Shown: positions 37,903-51,033, counted from the whole stretch's first letter. The stretch: DNA of 63,890 nt, filler included, from Octopus bimaculoides (GCF_001194135.2; 5 parts of 5 records of this genome joined end to end with filler, not necessarily neighbours in it); one strand, 5' to 3'. Numbers and translations: made by a program. The notes: generated from the letters alone by a model not told the origin.

Positions 37903-38120
37903 CAGTAATGCCTCGACTATCGCGGGTGTTACTTTCCAAAATCCTACCGCGACAGGTGAAAATCCGCGAAGTAGAAACAGTACTGTACTGTGTATATATT
38001 TTTTTAATAATTTGTATACATTTATTTTATTATAAATGCAAAACAACACCACAGAGAAATCGACGTAAGCTTAAATAATAAGCCGCGATAGGTGAACCGC
38101 GATATGGCGAGGCATACACG
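37903..38120. mobile_element. Tigger/pogo-derived MITE
   Basis: Imperfect TIRs cagtaatgcctcgactatcgcgg / ccgcgatatggcgaggcatacacg followed by TA. Confidence 0.65.
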
Positions 38121-38199
38121 TAAAAATATCTCTATTTTTTAATTATTTATGTAATACTTTTTCTTACTTCTTTACAAACTTTTGTCCTTGGAATTCTGT

Positions 38200-40100
38200 T
38201 CCTGTCTCCGTTAAACGGAACAAAATTTATTCAATATAGTCTAATATCTATGTACAAAAAGTATATTTTGTTATTTCTATTAAGTGAATTCAACCAGATA
38301 TTTTTTCCACTGTATATAATTCGTATCAATATTGTGGTTCTATGTATTAAATCGATGTCTTCCCCCCTCTGTAGTCCATAACATATATTCCTAGTTGTCT
38401 AATTTTGCATTCACAGTTTAAGAAATTCATCGAAACAAAACGACGTAATCATGGAATTTTTTCTGAAGTTTACCAATCTCCCGATGAGAATGTTCTAAAT
38501 ATATTTACATCCCCAAGTAATACTCTTTGTTTATATTTTCAAGTACCTAGGTATGTTCTTCCAGTTTGATGATTACAAAGATGTGACAATACATTTCAAT
38601 TTTAATTTAATTATAAATACATCGGATGATGTACATCTTTTAGTAGTCGCATTTCCTTTAATTCACCGCTCAATATTATTGTCATTTCGTAGTGATATAT
38701 TCAATTATCAAATCGCTATGACTCTTTTTTTATACAATGTTGCTTAAGACATGTTATATCATATGTATTAACTTGTGTGTATGCTATATTTGCGTAATAC
38801 CTTCCCATTGTTAATAACTATATGAATTTGAAACGAGGTGACCAAGTGTGTATATATGTGTGATACATCATTAATATCCAAGAATATTTGGTACAAATTG
38901 CTTTGAGTGCCCACTTATAATTTGTATTATATCAATACTACACTACACTGGAGACATCTGTCGTTTATATTGTAATAGTTGTAATCATTTCAACAGGCTC
39001 TCCAAACCTCATTTGTTACTAGAAACGGGATCTCGTTTTTGCTTTATGTCAAGCGCATTTACTTCGCAGTTTACTACTGTAAAATAGATTTTGCCGGTAA
39101 GAAAACGACCAAATATTTTGGAGAATAATAATGCTACAATCGATGAAGGAGCATGGATATTATCCCACGTATTAGATAAATCAGCGCTATCGTGTGTTGA
39201 GAAGCTGCAGGAAGCATTGACAACTTATTTTCTTATCCGAAGCTTTCGTTTTTTTCTTCATATTTTAATGAAGAAAGAGAAACATATTTGGATTTCCTAT
39301 TTAGCTCTTTGTTTTCTTAAAAATTACATGAGTTAATTTTAAATATGTAGTTGCAAAAGGTTTATTGTTTTAGAGATGTTTGACTAAAAATAATTTAGTG
39401 GAACAAATTGCATGAAATCAGGCATCAAATTTAACAGTGACAAGAATGGACCAACAACGGTAGGTACGTGTACTTTGTAAAATACCCGTAAGCGTGCCAC
39501 TACATGGTCAACAGTTATCTGAACTGAATGATCTAGAACGAAATAAGTCTCTAACTCTGGTATCGAGCAGGATATTTATCCCGAAGGATATGCAACCGAA
39601 TGTTTTGTGTAACATTATGTCGAAATCTGATGATTTGTATAAGGTTTGGGTCAGATACTGTCTATATGGAAAGACAGGGACTTTGAATGCATTTGTTAGT
39701 GTAAGGTGTATGAAGAATTTAGTGCGTCGATATATCAATTACCTTCTCTGTTGATGTAAACGTATCGCCATTTTAGCCAATGAATTCAGCTCCCTATCAG
39801 GTAATGCCTGGTGATATATTGCATCTTTATGTGAACTGAGAAGCCAAAAATTAGATTGATGAATATCCAGCCTGGAATTAAGAATATATTCTTGATTAGT
39901 GAATTAATTTGGTGTTCCATAATGGAAGTTTTCCCATCAGGCAGCTGAACCAAACTCTCTATATTTGCCTTCAAGCCAAATCTACGATACTATTGCTGGT
40001 TGTCACAATAACTTGAATTTTCTGTCGTTTTTACTCGATAAACGCCATAAATCGGTATTTCTCTAAATTATTTTTCTCTACGTTCTGGAGTTCCACATTT
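38200..40100 (-). pseudogene. Decayed paralogue of the 1802-aa beta-propeller gene
   Basis: Hand translation gives colinear matches: K*FREIPIYGVYR vs NKFRPLCPVVTR; IESLVQLPDG vs ISNIVVIQGG; NKLSMLPAASQHTIALIY vs NITNILPMSTSSILIIY; KYLVVFLPAKSILQ vs KFLVFYPEMNRLQ; LTMGRYYANIAYTQVN vs ISLGHSNVTIAATPIN. Many stops and frameshifts. Confidence 0.6.
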
Positions 40101-42544
40101 GTTTAATGCTTCATATTCTCATTTCTTTTTTTATTTCTCTTGTTTTGCTTCCAATCACGGTCGTCTTTGCATTGGGTCCTGTAGTATTTATTTATTGACA
40201 GCCTACATAGAGAAGCCTTGCGCCCTTAGATCCGTTGGGCCTCCGAACTACAGCCCAGGGTACCCATGTCTTAAGACAGCACCGTACCTTAATACACACG
40301 AATTTGCATTGTTTATTAAATATTCATACAAAAGCTGTTTCATATCTTATATTTCTTAATTATTTCTACTCTAAATTAATATTGGAATTTAATTCGGATT
40401 GCAAATTCATAGGTTCATTCTGAAATATATAATTAGTAACAGACTTTATTATACTTATTTTATAGTCATATTTCAAATAAAATGTGATAAATGTTTACGT
40501 CTATTTTTAAAGTAAATTCTATAATGTAACCTGAACACTGTTTACTAAAAATTCAATATATTGAGCAAGGCAGATAAGCAGAACCCAACAAGCCAACCGA
40601 GAACAAATCTACGGCATTTCTTCATAGTTTCTACTGCATTTCTCTCTGCTGTCAATTTTAATAAATTGTTGGATTTCGATACCAGTGTATTGTTGAAAAC
40701 CTTTTCTATTGTGTATTCTGCACTGATCAACAATTTTAACAGAAAAATGAATTTATTTGCAAATTCGGTACGTTTTTCAGCTGCTATATAACTTCTGTAT
40801 AGGTTATAACTGAATCTATTATTTCTTTCATTATATTTTATTTAGCTGTTGTTATTACTTCTAAAATTTTCTTACGTTCTATTGTTTGACGCCATTTGCT
40901 CTCCAAATATGTTTGACTTTTGTTAAACATTGGGTTTTCGCCATCACTACGATGATTTATTTCTTTTCATATTGTCACTAATTATTTCTATTTGCTTCAA
41001 AGACAGAATTCTCTTGAGAAAAATATTCCCATATTCAGCAGACTTATCCGATATATCTGCCACGTCATCTGTTCTTTATTTTTCTTTGGTTTCTAGAAAA
41101 AGGAAAAACTTCACATTTTCATTTTCATGTTTTACCGCTTTATTTCTATTTTTACTGTATAAGCAGATATATTTCGGTTTTGGTAATTTTCTGTTCTACA
41201 ATTTTGTTCCGTTGTTTTTGTTGATATTATATAAAGAGTGCCTTATTCCATTATGATTCAAGTCTGTTTCCATCGATACAGCTATAACATGTGAGAAAAT
41301 TATATTATTCGCCATATGCTTATGTTTGCGTCTGTCAAAAATATTTTCTGAAGTGTCTCGATGTATATATTTTATTGTTTCCCGACGTCTGAAATTTCCC
41401 TTGTTACATGGTATTTACTTTTGTTGTCATCAGTTCGTTTACTAATTCATGTACAGTATTTTTGTTATATTTTTTACGGAAATTATTCATTGTTGCCTTT
41501 GTCATGTTATTCTCCCATTTGTAGTTAGTATGCATTTGCTGCAACTGACAATATGCATGGTGTTTATGCAAAGAGCATTTTTGTTACTTCGTTTGTTTAT
41601 TTTCATGCCTGGTTTTTACTACACTCTCACAAATGAGTCTCCCTGCTTCATTTGTCACCAATTTTCATGTCAATACCATTCTGTGTCTCTTATTAAATCT
41701 TCAGTGTTTCTAATAAAGTGACAACATAACACTTTCCTTTCAGTTTACAATCGTTACTTTATATAATCCTTTAAAGATTTTATGCGTTTGCTTTGATGAA
41801 AATCAAACTAGAGGAAGTAAATTTTAATATTCTTTAAACATTTGGGGAAAATTCTGGAACTGATTGTGAATATATTGTTGGTGGTGTTGTGACAGTGTGT
41901 AATGGTTCAAAATTTAAAAAAAAACAAGATTTAAACGTTTGCTTTTTCTCACCAGTCTTTAATGTTTTAGCTTTTACATGCTTCAGTCTTTAGACAGCGG
42001 CCATGCTTCGTACCACCTTGGAGAAATTTTATTCGGATGAATTGACCCCAGGACTATTATATCGGTCTCTTATTCTCGAATCACTAACTTACAGGAACGT
42101 AAAAAGACCAAATCCAGTTGTCAAGCGGTGGTGGAGGACGTACACAAACACACACGCGACGAATTTCTTTCAGTTTCCGTCTACCAAATCTACTCACAAT
42201 GCTTTTGTCAGCTCGGAGCTAGAGTCAGAGGCAGTTGCCCAAGATACCAGGCAATGGGAGTAGATTCGATCGTTTTGATTCATTCCCAGTCTCACTGTGT
42301 AAATGGAAGAAAACCTGATTGGATAACAAATGTTTCTAAGCATTACAGAATACCGTTTCTAAGAAATAAGGAGGTAGAAGAATAAATACAAAGATAAACG
42401 ATAGAAATAAATATTTTAGTTTATGGAAGAGAGAGGGAGGGAGAGAGAGGGAGAGAGAGGGGAGAAAGAGACACAGACAGACAGAAAAGTGAGCTGCAGT
42501 CTTACTTGTTTAGATGTAGCAACAACGTTCTTACTCAGAATATA

Positions 42545-42775
42545 TTCTTTTATTCTTTTAGTCCTTTACTTGTTTCAGTTATTTGTCTGCGGCCATGCTG
42601 GAGCACCGACTTTACTTGAGCAAATCGACCACAGGACTTATTCTTTGTAAGCCTAGTACTTCTTCTATCGGACTCTTCCGCCGAAGCGCAAAGTTACGGG
42701 ACGTGAACACACCAACATCGGTTATCAAGCAATGGTAGGGGACAAACACACGCACACACATATATATGTGTGTGT

Positions 42776-42833
<58 letters not shown>

Positions 42834-42995
42834 GACGGGCTTCTTTTAGTTTCCGTCTATCACATCCACTCACAAAACTTTGGTCGGCCCGAGGCTATAG
42901 AAGAAGACACTTGCTGAGGTGTCACGCAGTGGGACTGAACCCGGAACCATGTGGTTGGTGAGCAAAATACGCACCACATGGCCACTCCTGCGCCT
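42545..42995 (-). mobile_element. SINE family B, full length; an older copy lies at ~41960-42245
   Basis: Head-to-tail match to family B with an expanded (TA)n core. Confidence 0.8.
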
Positions 42996-43526
42996 ACATA
43001 TTAATAAAATACAAATATGTCTGTGGAATAATGAATTCGGTCTTAACTTTTTAAGGTTATCGCCTGTCAATATGACACTTCCTGGAAAACATTTTAGAAA
43101 CATAAAGATGTCCAAAGGAAAGACGAATAAAGACGTGTGAAGAATTCTGATTTTAATTCATACAAATATAAGACATGTCAATATGGCTTTCAGGAACAAT
43201 GTTTGACGATACATAAAATACGATGTAATATATTGTGCTCACATCAGCTGGAATATCCATCCGCATCTGCAGCCGGAAAGGTGATGGGTCTGATAACAAG
43301 TATAATGGAAAAAAGGGAAAAACAACTGATCAATTTGCAGGTAAATGAACTTATATTTATAAGGGTGTAACAAAGTGAAGTAGCTATTTCATTTTTTTTG
43401 GGAGGTGTACAGACACACACACACACACACACGCACACACATACACACATGCGCACACACACATACAAGCACACACGCACAAAACATGCACACGCATACA
43501 TACACACATATATATGTATATAGATC

Positions 43527-43910
43527 GTTGTGGCACTCCGTCGGTTATGACGACGAGGGTTCCAGTTGATCCGATCTGCGGAACAGCCTGCTCGTGAAAT
43601 TAATTTGCAAGTGGTTGGGCACCCCACAGACACGTGTACCCTTAACGTAGTTCTCAGGGATATTCAGCATGACACAGTGTGTGACAAGGCTGGCCTTTTG
43701 AAATACAGGTACAACAGAAATAGGAAGAAATAGTTAGAGAAAGACGTGGTCAAAGAGTACAGCAGAGTTCCCTACCACCTCCTGCCGGAGCCTCGTGGAG
43801 CTTTAGGTGTTTTCACTCAATAAACACTCACAACGCCCAGTATGGGAATCGAAACTGCGATCTCACGACCGCGAGTCCGCAGCCATAACCCATGGGCTAT
43901 TGCCCCTCTA
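43527..43910 (-). mobile_element. SINE family C; further partial or degenerate copies at 22984-23122 and ~30970-31235
   Basis: Same core: gcctgctcgtgaaattaa..gtacccttaacgtagttctc..ggagctttaggtgtttt. Confidence 0.8.
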
Positions 43911-44042
43911 CATATAGATATATATTCAGATGTACAGCAAAAATTTAGATTGAGATGGATATGGTACTTAAGTTGAGGCACCATAGTTTAGTACGGTATT
44001 ATCCATAAAATTTCAAAGTAAGATAATTAAAATCAAAATAAA

Positions 44043-44397
44043 CAACAAGGATATCCAGAGGTAATGCAGTACGATCGTTTCATGCAACTCCATTTAATTG
44101 AACAATGCAATCGTTACATCTATTTAAAATGCAGAGCAATCTTTAGCTGCACAAAGACATAGAATTTAATTAAATAACTTCTAAACTGAAGTGAGACAGC
44201 ATGTTCTATCTTCTTAACTTCTTGGAGATGTTGGGTATAATTATACTAATGTGTCTATCTGTTCTAATTTAATTAAGTTCTATGTCTGTGCAGCTGAAGA
44301 TTGCTCTTCATTTTAAATTGATGTAATGATTGCATTGCTCAATTAAATGGAGTTGCATGAAACGATCGTACTGCATTACCTCTGGATATCCTTGTTG
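44043..44397. mobile_element. Foldback/MITE-like element, ~132-bp inverted arms with ~90-bp spacer
   Basis: caacaaggatatccagaggtaatgcagtacgatcgtttcatgcaactccatttaattg (44043-) is the reverse complement of the segment ending 44397. Arms are 44043-44175 and 44267-44397. Confidence 0.85.
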
Positions 44398-44828
44398 CAT
44401 ATTTTCATTTTATGTATATGTATATATATATATGTGTGTGTGTGGTGATTGGCCTCTTCAAACAAACGTGCCAGCATGGTAGGGGTAAATTCTAGTTGTT
44501 GGTTGACAGGTTTGGGTGACGAGAAGCCAGCACCATTTCGCGCTAAATTCGAAATCATATCAAACTAACCAGCATTACTTTTACTGACCTAGCAAAGGAA
44601 AGACGATTTTATTTTTCACTGGAATTTTTTTCTATCATGCTTGTATAAGTATTTTTGACTTCTAGTTTTAACGATGCAGGGGCTCACGTAGTACTCATAG
44701 AGAATGATTAATAAATTTTTCCCTTATGAGGTTTTTCACGCTAACTACTTGATAAATTCTTATAAAGATTTTATCCTATATATANNNNNNNNNNNNNNNN
44801 NNNNNNNNNNNNNNNNNNNNNNNNNNNN

Positions 44829-44884
<56 letters not shown>

Positions 44885-44899
44885 ATATGTATGTATGTA

Positions 44900-44938
<39 letters not shown>

Positions 44939-45623
44939 CTTTTGGATAAGCGGTTTGCAAAGACAAAAAAAAACATTGTTCAAAAGACTTCTCTATAGAG
45001 TGAGAATAAAGTTTTGCTGAATATTTGCTCTTTCTCATCAATAACGTATAATACATTATACCGTATTTTAATTAATATATCGTGTCAGTTATAAATATTT
45101 CTAGAAAGAACTTGTTTCTATATTTTGAGATAATTGTATGTCATTGACATAACATAATCACATTTAGATTAATTATATTACTTCTGGTAAGAATTGAAAA
45201 CTTACAAAAAAATATCAAAATTGCTAAAGACAGATCGGTGGAGAAATTTAATGAACACATTTGAAAACTATCACCATAGATCGCTGTTAATTTTAAATCA
45301 GGAAGCGAAGAGAATAAATTTAAATTGAAATATAAATTATATATTTTTGAAGCAATTCTAATATATCTCCTTTTGCTTGTGGTCGAAGCAGGCTTTCACC
45401 TAGAAATTATTCACTTTTTGCAGTCGATTATCATTTCAAACAGTTTGTCTCTGCATATGAGTGTGCAAGAATATGCGCAAGAGAATAGCCCAATCACTAC
45501 ACATAATAGGTTTATCCATGTTAGTTTTAGCCAATTGACATAATGAACTCTCGAGATAAATTAATGAATAATTCCAATGTAGCCCGGCGCAAGTTTGTAC
45601 TAACAATTAAATGGTTGCTGTAA

Positions 45624-46283
45624 GGGAGCGAGCTGGCAAAATCGTTAGAACGCCGGGCGAAATGCTTAGCGGTATTTCGTCTGCCGTTACGTTCTGAGTT
45701 CAAATTTCGCCGAGATCGACGTTGCTTTTCATCCTTTCGGGGTCGAGAAATTAAGTACCAGTTGCGTAGTGGGGTCGATCTAATCGATGGGCCCTCTTCC
45801 AAAAAATTTCGGTCCTTGTGCCTTGAATAGAGAAGAATTAAATGGTTGCTGTAAAGCGGCGAGCTGGCAGAATCGTTAGCACACCGGGCGAAGTGCTTAG
45901 CGGTATTTCGTCTGCCGTTACGTTGTGAGTTCAAATTCCGCCGAGGTCAACTTTGCGTTTCATCCTTTCGGGGTCGATGAATTAAGTATCAGTACGCACT
46001 GGGGTCGATGTAATCGACTTAATCCCTTTGTCTATCCTTGTTTGTCCCCTCTATGTCTAGGCCCCTGTAGGGAATAAAGAAATAAGAAACGTTAGAACGC
46101 CGGGCGAAATGCTTTACGGTATTTCGTCTGTCTTTACCATCTCAGTTCAAATTCCACAGAGGTCGACTTTGCCTTTCATCCTTTCGGAGTCGATAAATTA
46201 AATACCAGTTGCGTACTGAAGTCGTTCTAATCGGTTGCCCCTCCTCCCCCAAAACTTCGGGCCTTGTTTGTAGAGTATAAACG
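45624..46283 (+). mobile_element. Three tandem SINE family A copies
   Basis: Heads gcgagctggcagaatcgttag..gagttcaaattcc at 45624, 45855 and 46088; spacer aattaaatggttgctgt at 45605, 45836 and 46284. Confidence 0.85.
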
Positions 46284-47846
46284 AATTAAATGGTTGCTGT
46301 GGATATAGGGTGATATTTTTTGATCTTAAGACTTTATTAGCTGTGAAAAACACATTGAATGTAGAGAACAGCAACATAATTTGAACACACACCAAAGAAG
46401 ACATAATCTCACACACGCACACACACATACCGACGATCAAGTTATCCATGCACGGATCCACAAGTATACAGGCTCACGCATCGAAAGAACATACGCTTCC
46501 TGTGATCGTTTGTACAGTAACATTGTCAAGTATGATTGCATAGCTATGTGTCAGTCAACGCTATTTAGTTTGCATCAAGTTAACACATATTAATGTTTGC
46601 TTTTACCGTATAGTTAAACATAAAAATCACATGAATGCTGATATACTGTGCTTTAATATGTCATAAAGATTCATGGCGAAATGAGAGAGTTTGATGAAGT
46701 CGGCAGTAAGTGAAACGAGTGACTCTCACACTAATTCTTCACTGTGGGAGTAGACGAATATACATATACGCATATAATAAAATATATGAAATATATNNNN
46801 NNNNNNNNNNNNNNNNNNNNNNNNNNNNNNNNNNNNNNNNNNNNNNNNNNNNNNNNNNNNNNNNNNNNNNNNNNNNNNNNNNNNNNNNNNNNNNNNNNNN
46901 NNNNNNNNNNNNNNNNNNNNNNNNNNNNNNNNNNNNNNNNNNNNNNNNNNNNNNNNNNNNNNNNNNNNNNNNNNNNNNNNNNNNNNNNNNNNNNNNNNNN
47001 NNNNNNNNNNNNNNNNNNNNNNNNNNNNNNNNNNNNNNNNNNNNNNNNNNNNNNNNNNNNNNNNNNNNNNNNNNNNNNNNNNNNNNNNNNNNNNNNNNNN
47101 NNNNNNNNNNNNNNNNNNNNNNNNNNNNNNNNNNNNNNNNNNNNNNNNNNNNNNNNNNNNNNNNNNNNNNNNNNNNNNNNNNNNNNNNNNNNNNNNNNNN
47201 NNNNNNNNNNNNNNNNNNNNNNNNNNNNNNNNNNNNNNNNNNNNNNNNNNNNNNNNNNNNNNNNNNNNNNNNNNNNNNNNNNNNNNNNNNNNNNNNNNNN
47301 NNNNNNNNNNNNNNNNNNNNNNNNNNNNNNNNNNNNNNNNNNNNNNNNNNNNNNNNNNNNNNNNNNNNNNNNNNNNNNNNNNNNNNNNNNNNNNNNNNNN
47401 NNNNNNNNNNNNNNNNNNNNNNNNNNNNNNNNNNNNNNNNNNNNNNNNNNNNNNNNNNNNNNNNNNNNNNNNNNNNNNNNNNNNNNNNNNNNNNNNNNNN
47501 NNNNNNNNNNNNNNNNNNNNNNNNNNNNNNNNNNNNNNNNNNNNNNNNNNNNNNNNNNNNNNNNNNNNNNNNNNNNNNNNNNNNNNNNNNNNNNNNNNNN
47601 NNNNNNNNNNNNNNNNNNNNNNNNNNNNNNNNNNNNNNNNNNNNNNNNNNNNNNNNNNNNNNNNNNNNNNNNNNNNNNNNNNNNNNNNNNNTATACATAT
47701 ATATATGTAGGCGCGGGGCTGGATGTGTTGTAAGAAGCTTGCTTTCCAACCACATGGTTCCAGGATCAGTCCAATTGCGTGGCACCTTGGGTAAGTGTCT
47801 TGGTAGACAGAACCTGAATGAAGCCCGTCGTATATATGTATATATA

Positions 47847-48419
47847 TTAGGTTGTTTCAGATGAAATGTCGTATTTGAAAGATAACAATAAAATGTTTCA
47901 GAAGTGTTAGAGAACTGATTTATTTAGTCAAAGTATGATCCATCTTCATATATGACATTTACCCAACGTTTCTCTATGTCATATATTCCATCTTTTAAAA
48001 AAATCATCTTTTGCTGTGATAAACTGTTCAAATGCTTCAATTACCTCTTCTTTATTTAAGAACTTTTGTTTCTTTTTCAAATTCTCATGCATACAATCAA
48101 TTTCCTGGCAATACGATGTTGCTGTTACCGTTTTCCCTTGTTGCAAAAATGAATAATGAATAACTCCCTTCGCAGACCACCATACAGTGACCACTAACTA
48201 TTTAGGGTACAATGGTATGTTTGCGCAGTGCTTAGGTGGATCTCTTGCATCTAATCACTGCCCTGTTTTCCTGTTGTTGTCAAAGAGTACCCATTTCTCA
48301 TCACAATAATGATTTGATGCAAAGATGGTCTTTTTCCAGTCGAGAAAGCGATAAGGAACACACTTCCATGTGTCTGCTTTTTATAACCTCGTTCAGTTGA
48401 TGTGGAACAAACCTATCTG
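47847..48419 (-). mobile_element. mariner (Hsmar1/cecropia-like) fragment with TIR
   Basis: DRFVPHQL..CDEKWVLFDN..VTVWWSAKGVIHYSFLQQGKTVT..YCQEID; terminus TA|TTAGGTTGTTTCAG at 47847. Confidence 0.85.
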
Positions 48420-48749
48420 NNNNNNNNNNATATATATATATATATATATACATATGTATATGCAGATGCACAAAAAACACACGCACGCACACAAACACAC
48501 ACGCACACGCACACAGAAACACATACACACATACATAAAAACACTCACACAGTAGCACACACACACCTTATGGTGAAAAGCATCGTTGGATAGATTTCCG
48601 CCTAATGGTGAGTTGTAGTGAAAAGTATAAGAAGTGAAATGGAGAAAATGTATAAATTGAGCGGAATATTTGCTCTAGCCCATCTTTTATTGCGAGACTA
48701 AAAAGCAAAGTACATGATAACATCTCCAACTGTGGCACTGCATCAGGGC

Positions 48750-48819
<70 letters not shown>

Positions 48820-48848
48820 GTTGTTGTTGTTGTTGTTGTTGTTGTTAT
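48750..48848. repeat. Compound (ATT)n(GTT)n microsatellite
   Basis: Directly visible; another (ATT)n run lies at ~61330-61393. Confidence 0.95.
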
Positions 48849-49194
48849 TAATCAATGAAACTCCAAACTAGTCTGTTTTTCACGTTTGATTATTTACAAT
48901 TTTTACAATTTTACAATAAACTTCTTCCATGCGTTACGCAGTCATTGGGTTTATATAGTGACAGTTGTGTTCCATGATTGACAACTGTAGTGAAACGGTT
49001 AGATTTGTAACTCAAGTACCCTCAGATGGGTTCCAGCAGGCTGAATCTTACGAATTGGACTATAACAAATTAATATGTGGTTTAGATGTCACGGTTTGGT
49101 GAATGCGCCAATTTGGTTAGCATTTATCTCGCTTTTTATATATATATATAATTGTTCATTTATATTTATATAAGGGCATTACTACAGAATAATG

Positions 49195-49250
<56 letters not shown>

Positions 49251-49798
49251 NNNNNNNNNNNNNNNNNNNNNNNNNNNNNNNNNNNNNNNNNNNNNNNNNN
49301 NNNNNNNNNNNNNNNNNNNNNNNNNNNNNNNNNNNNNNNNNNNNNNNNNNNNNNNNNNNNNNNNNNNNNNNNNNNNNNNNNNNNNNNNNNNNNNNNNNNN
49401 NNNNNNNNNNNNNNNNNNNNNNNNNNNNNNNNNNNNNNNNNNNNNNNNNNNNNNNNNNNNNNNNNNNNNNNNNNNNNNNNNNNNNNNNNNNNNNNNNNNN
49501 NNNNNNNNNNNNNNNNNNNNNNNNNNNNNNNNNNNNNNNNNNNNNNNNNNNNNNNNNNNNNNNNNNNNNNNNNNNNNNNNNNNNNNNNNNNNNNNNNNNN
49601 NNNNNNNNNNNNNNNNNNNNNNNNNNNNNNNNNNNNNNNNNNNNNNNNNNNNNNNNNNNNNNNNNNNNNNNNNNNNNNNNNNNNNNNNNNNNNNNNNNNN
49701 NNNNNNNNNNNNNNNNNNNNNNNNNNNNNNNNNNNNNNNNNNNNNNNNNNNNNNNNNNNNNNNNNNNNNNNNNNNNNNNNNNNNNNNNNNNNNNNNNN

Positions 49799-50150
49799 CC
49801 ATACCGTGACCACTAACTATTTAGGGTACAATGGTATGCTTGCGCAGTGCTTAGGTGGATCTCTTGCATCTAATCACTGCCCTGTTGTCCTGTTGTTGTC
49901 AAAGAGTACCCATTTCTCATCACAATAATGATTTGATGCAAAGATGTTCTTTTTCCAGTCGAGAAAGCGATAAGGAACACACTTCCAGGTGTCTGCTTTT
50001 TATAACCTCGTTCAGTTGATGTGGAACAAACCTATCTGTTTTCTTGACTTTTCCAATTATTTTATAGGTGTACAAAAACAGTTATGCGAGATGATAGGCG
50101 TTCTGATGAAAGTTTTCGAACCCTTGTTCTCGGATTTCGTTGTCCGCAGA
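49799..50150 (-). mobile_element. Second copy of the same mariner fragment
   Basis: 49799-50039 differs from 48179-48419 at about 5 positions; extends upstream to the IGKVKKTDRFVPHQL region. Confidence 0.8.
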
Positions 50151-50339
50151 GACCAAAACTATATTGTTATTATCATTATTATGGAAAAGGCTGGTATTGA
50201 CTAAATTAATGCTGGAACTCTCAGTAAGTGAACTTTCATTTAACAGGCTGGTATTATGAGAAGATATAATTTGTGAAAGATTCTTTGTGTTGGAGAAGGC
50301 AACTCTAACTATTTGAGAATTAATAATGGAATAATATCT

Positions 50340-51020
50340 AAAAGTTTTTGGAAAGTTCTTACTAACCGATTCAAGTAACTCAAAGGAAGATTAGATTTAA
50401 TTTGCCTTCCATACGGAATAACAAACGAAATAGTATTGCTAGCACCAGTCAAATTGTAAGTTGAATTACCTCTAGAGTCAAAAACGGGCTTAAATAACGG
50501 TTGCCTCCCTTACACTGTAAAACAATTTTATCAAGTTTTGTGTTGTTGTCAATATTAGAATTAAAATCATTCTTCTTATTACAGCTAGATTTCTAGTCTC
50601 GAATATTAGATAAAGGATGAGATTGAGCAGAATCAATGTAGGTAACTTTTTCTTTATACACTGCTTTAACTAAGGCAGAGTTACAAAATTCTGCCTTGTC
50701 GTTAAAAATGTCACCATTGGAGGAGAGTTTAGACAATCTAACTGAAATATTTTAAACTAAATTCTTAGCAATTGCCCTAGCGCGATTACTGGATGGACTA
50801 ATATACTTGATATTGGTGGATAGTTTGTGATATTGGAAGTATGAGTCATAAAAATTGAGTGTCATATCTAAGAAGTTAGCTTTAGTTATCTCATCATCAA
50901 AAACGATGTGAGAGCCCATTCTACGAAAAAACCTAACTAACCTATTCTTAACCATCCGTATCTTTTGATTGGAAACGTTATGTCGAAAGTAAAAGAATTT
51001 GAATAACATCTGCATTCAAC
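50340..51020 (-). mobile_element. Penelope-like element, RT thumb/linker fragment
   Basis: KANFLDMTLNF..YHKLSTNIKYISPSSN..IAKNL..NISVRLSKLSSN.DIF..; further downstream IPYGRQIKSN, a PLE RT C-terminal pattern. Confidence 0.7.
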
Positions 51021-51033
51021 TCCATTTATTTAC

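Noticed and set aside
39494-39754. 86-aa plus-strand ORF, plus nearby 39091-39336 and 40930-41256
   Set aside because: Best explained as antisense shadows of the decayed minus-strand reading frames.
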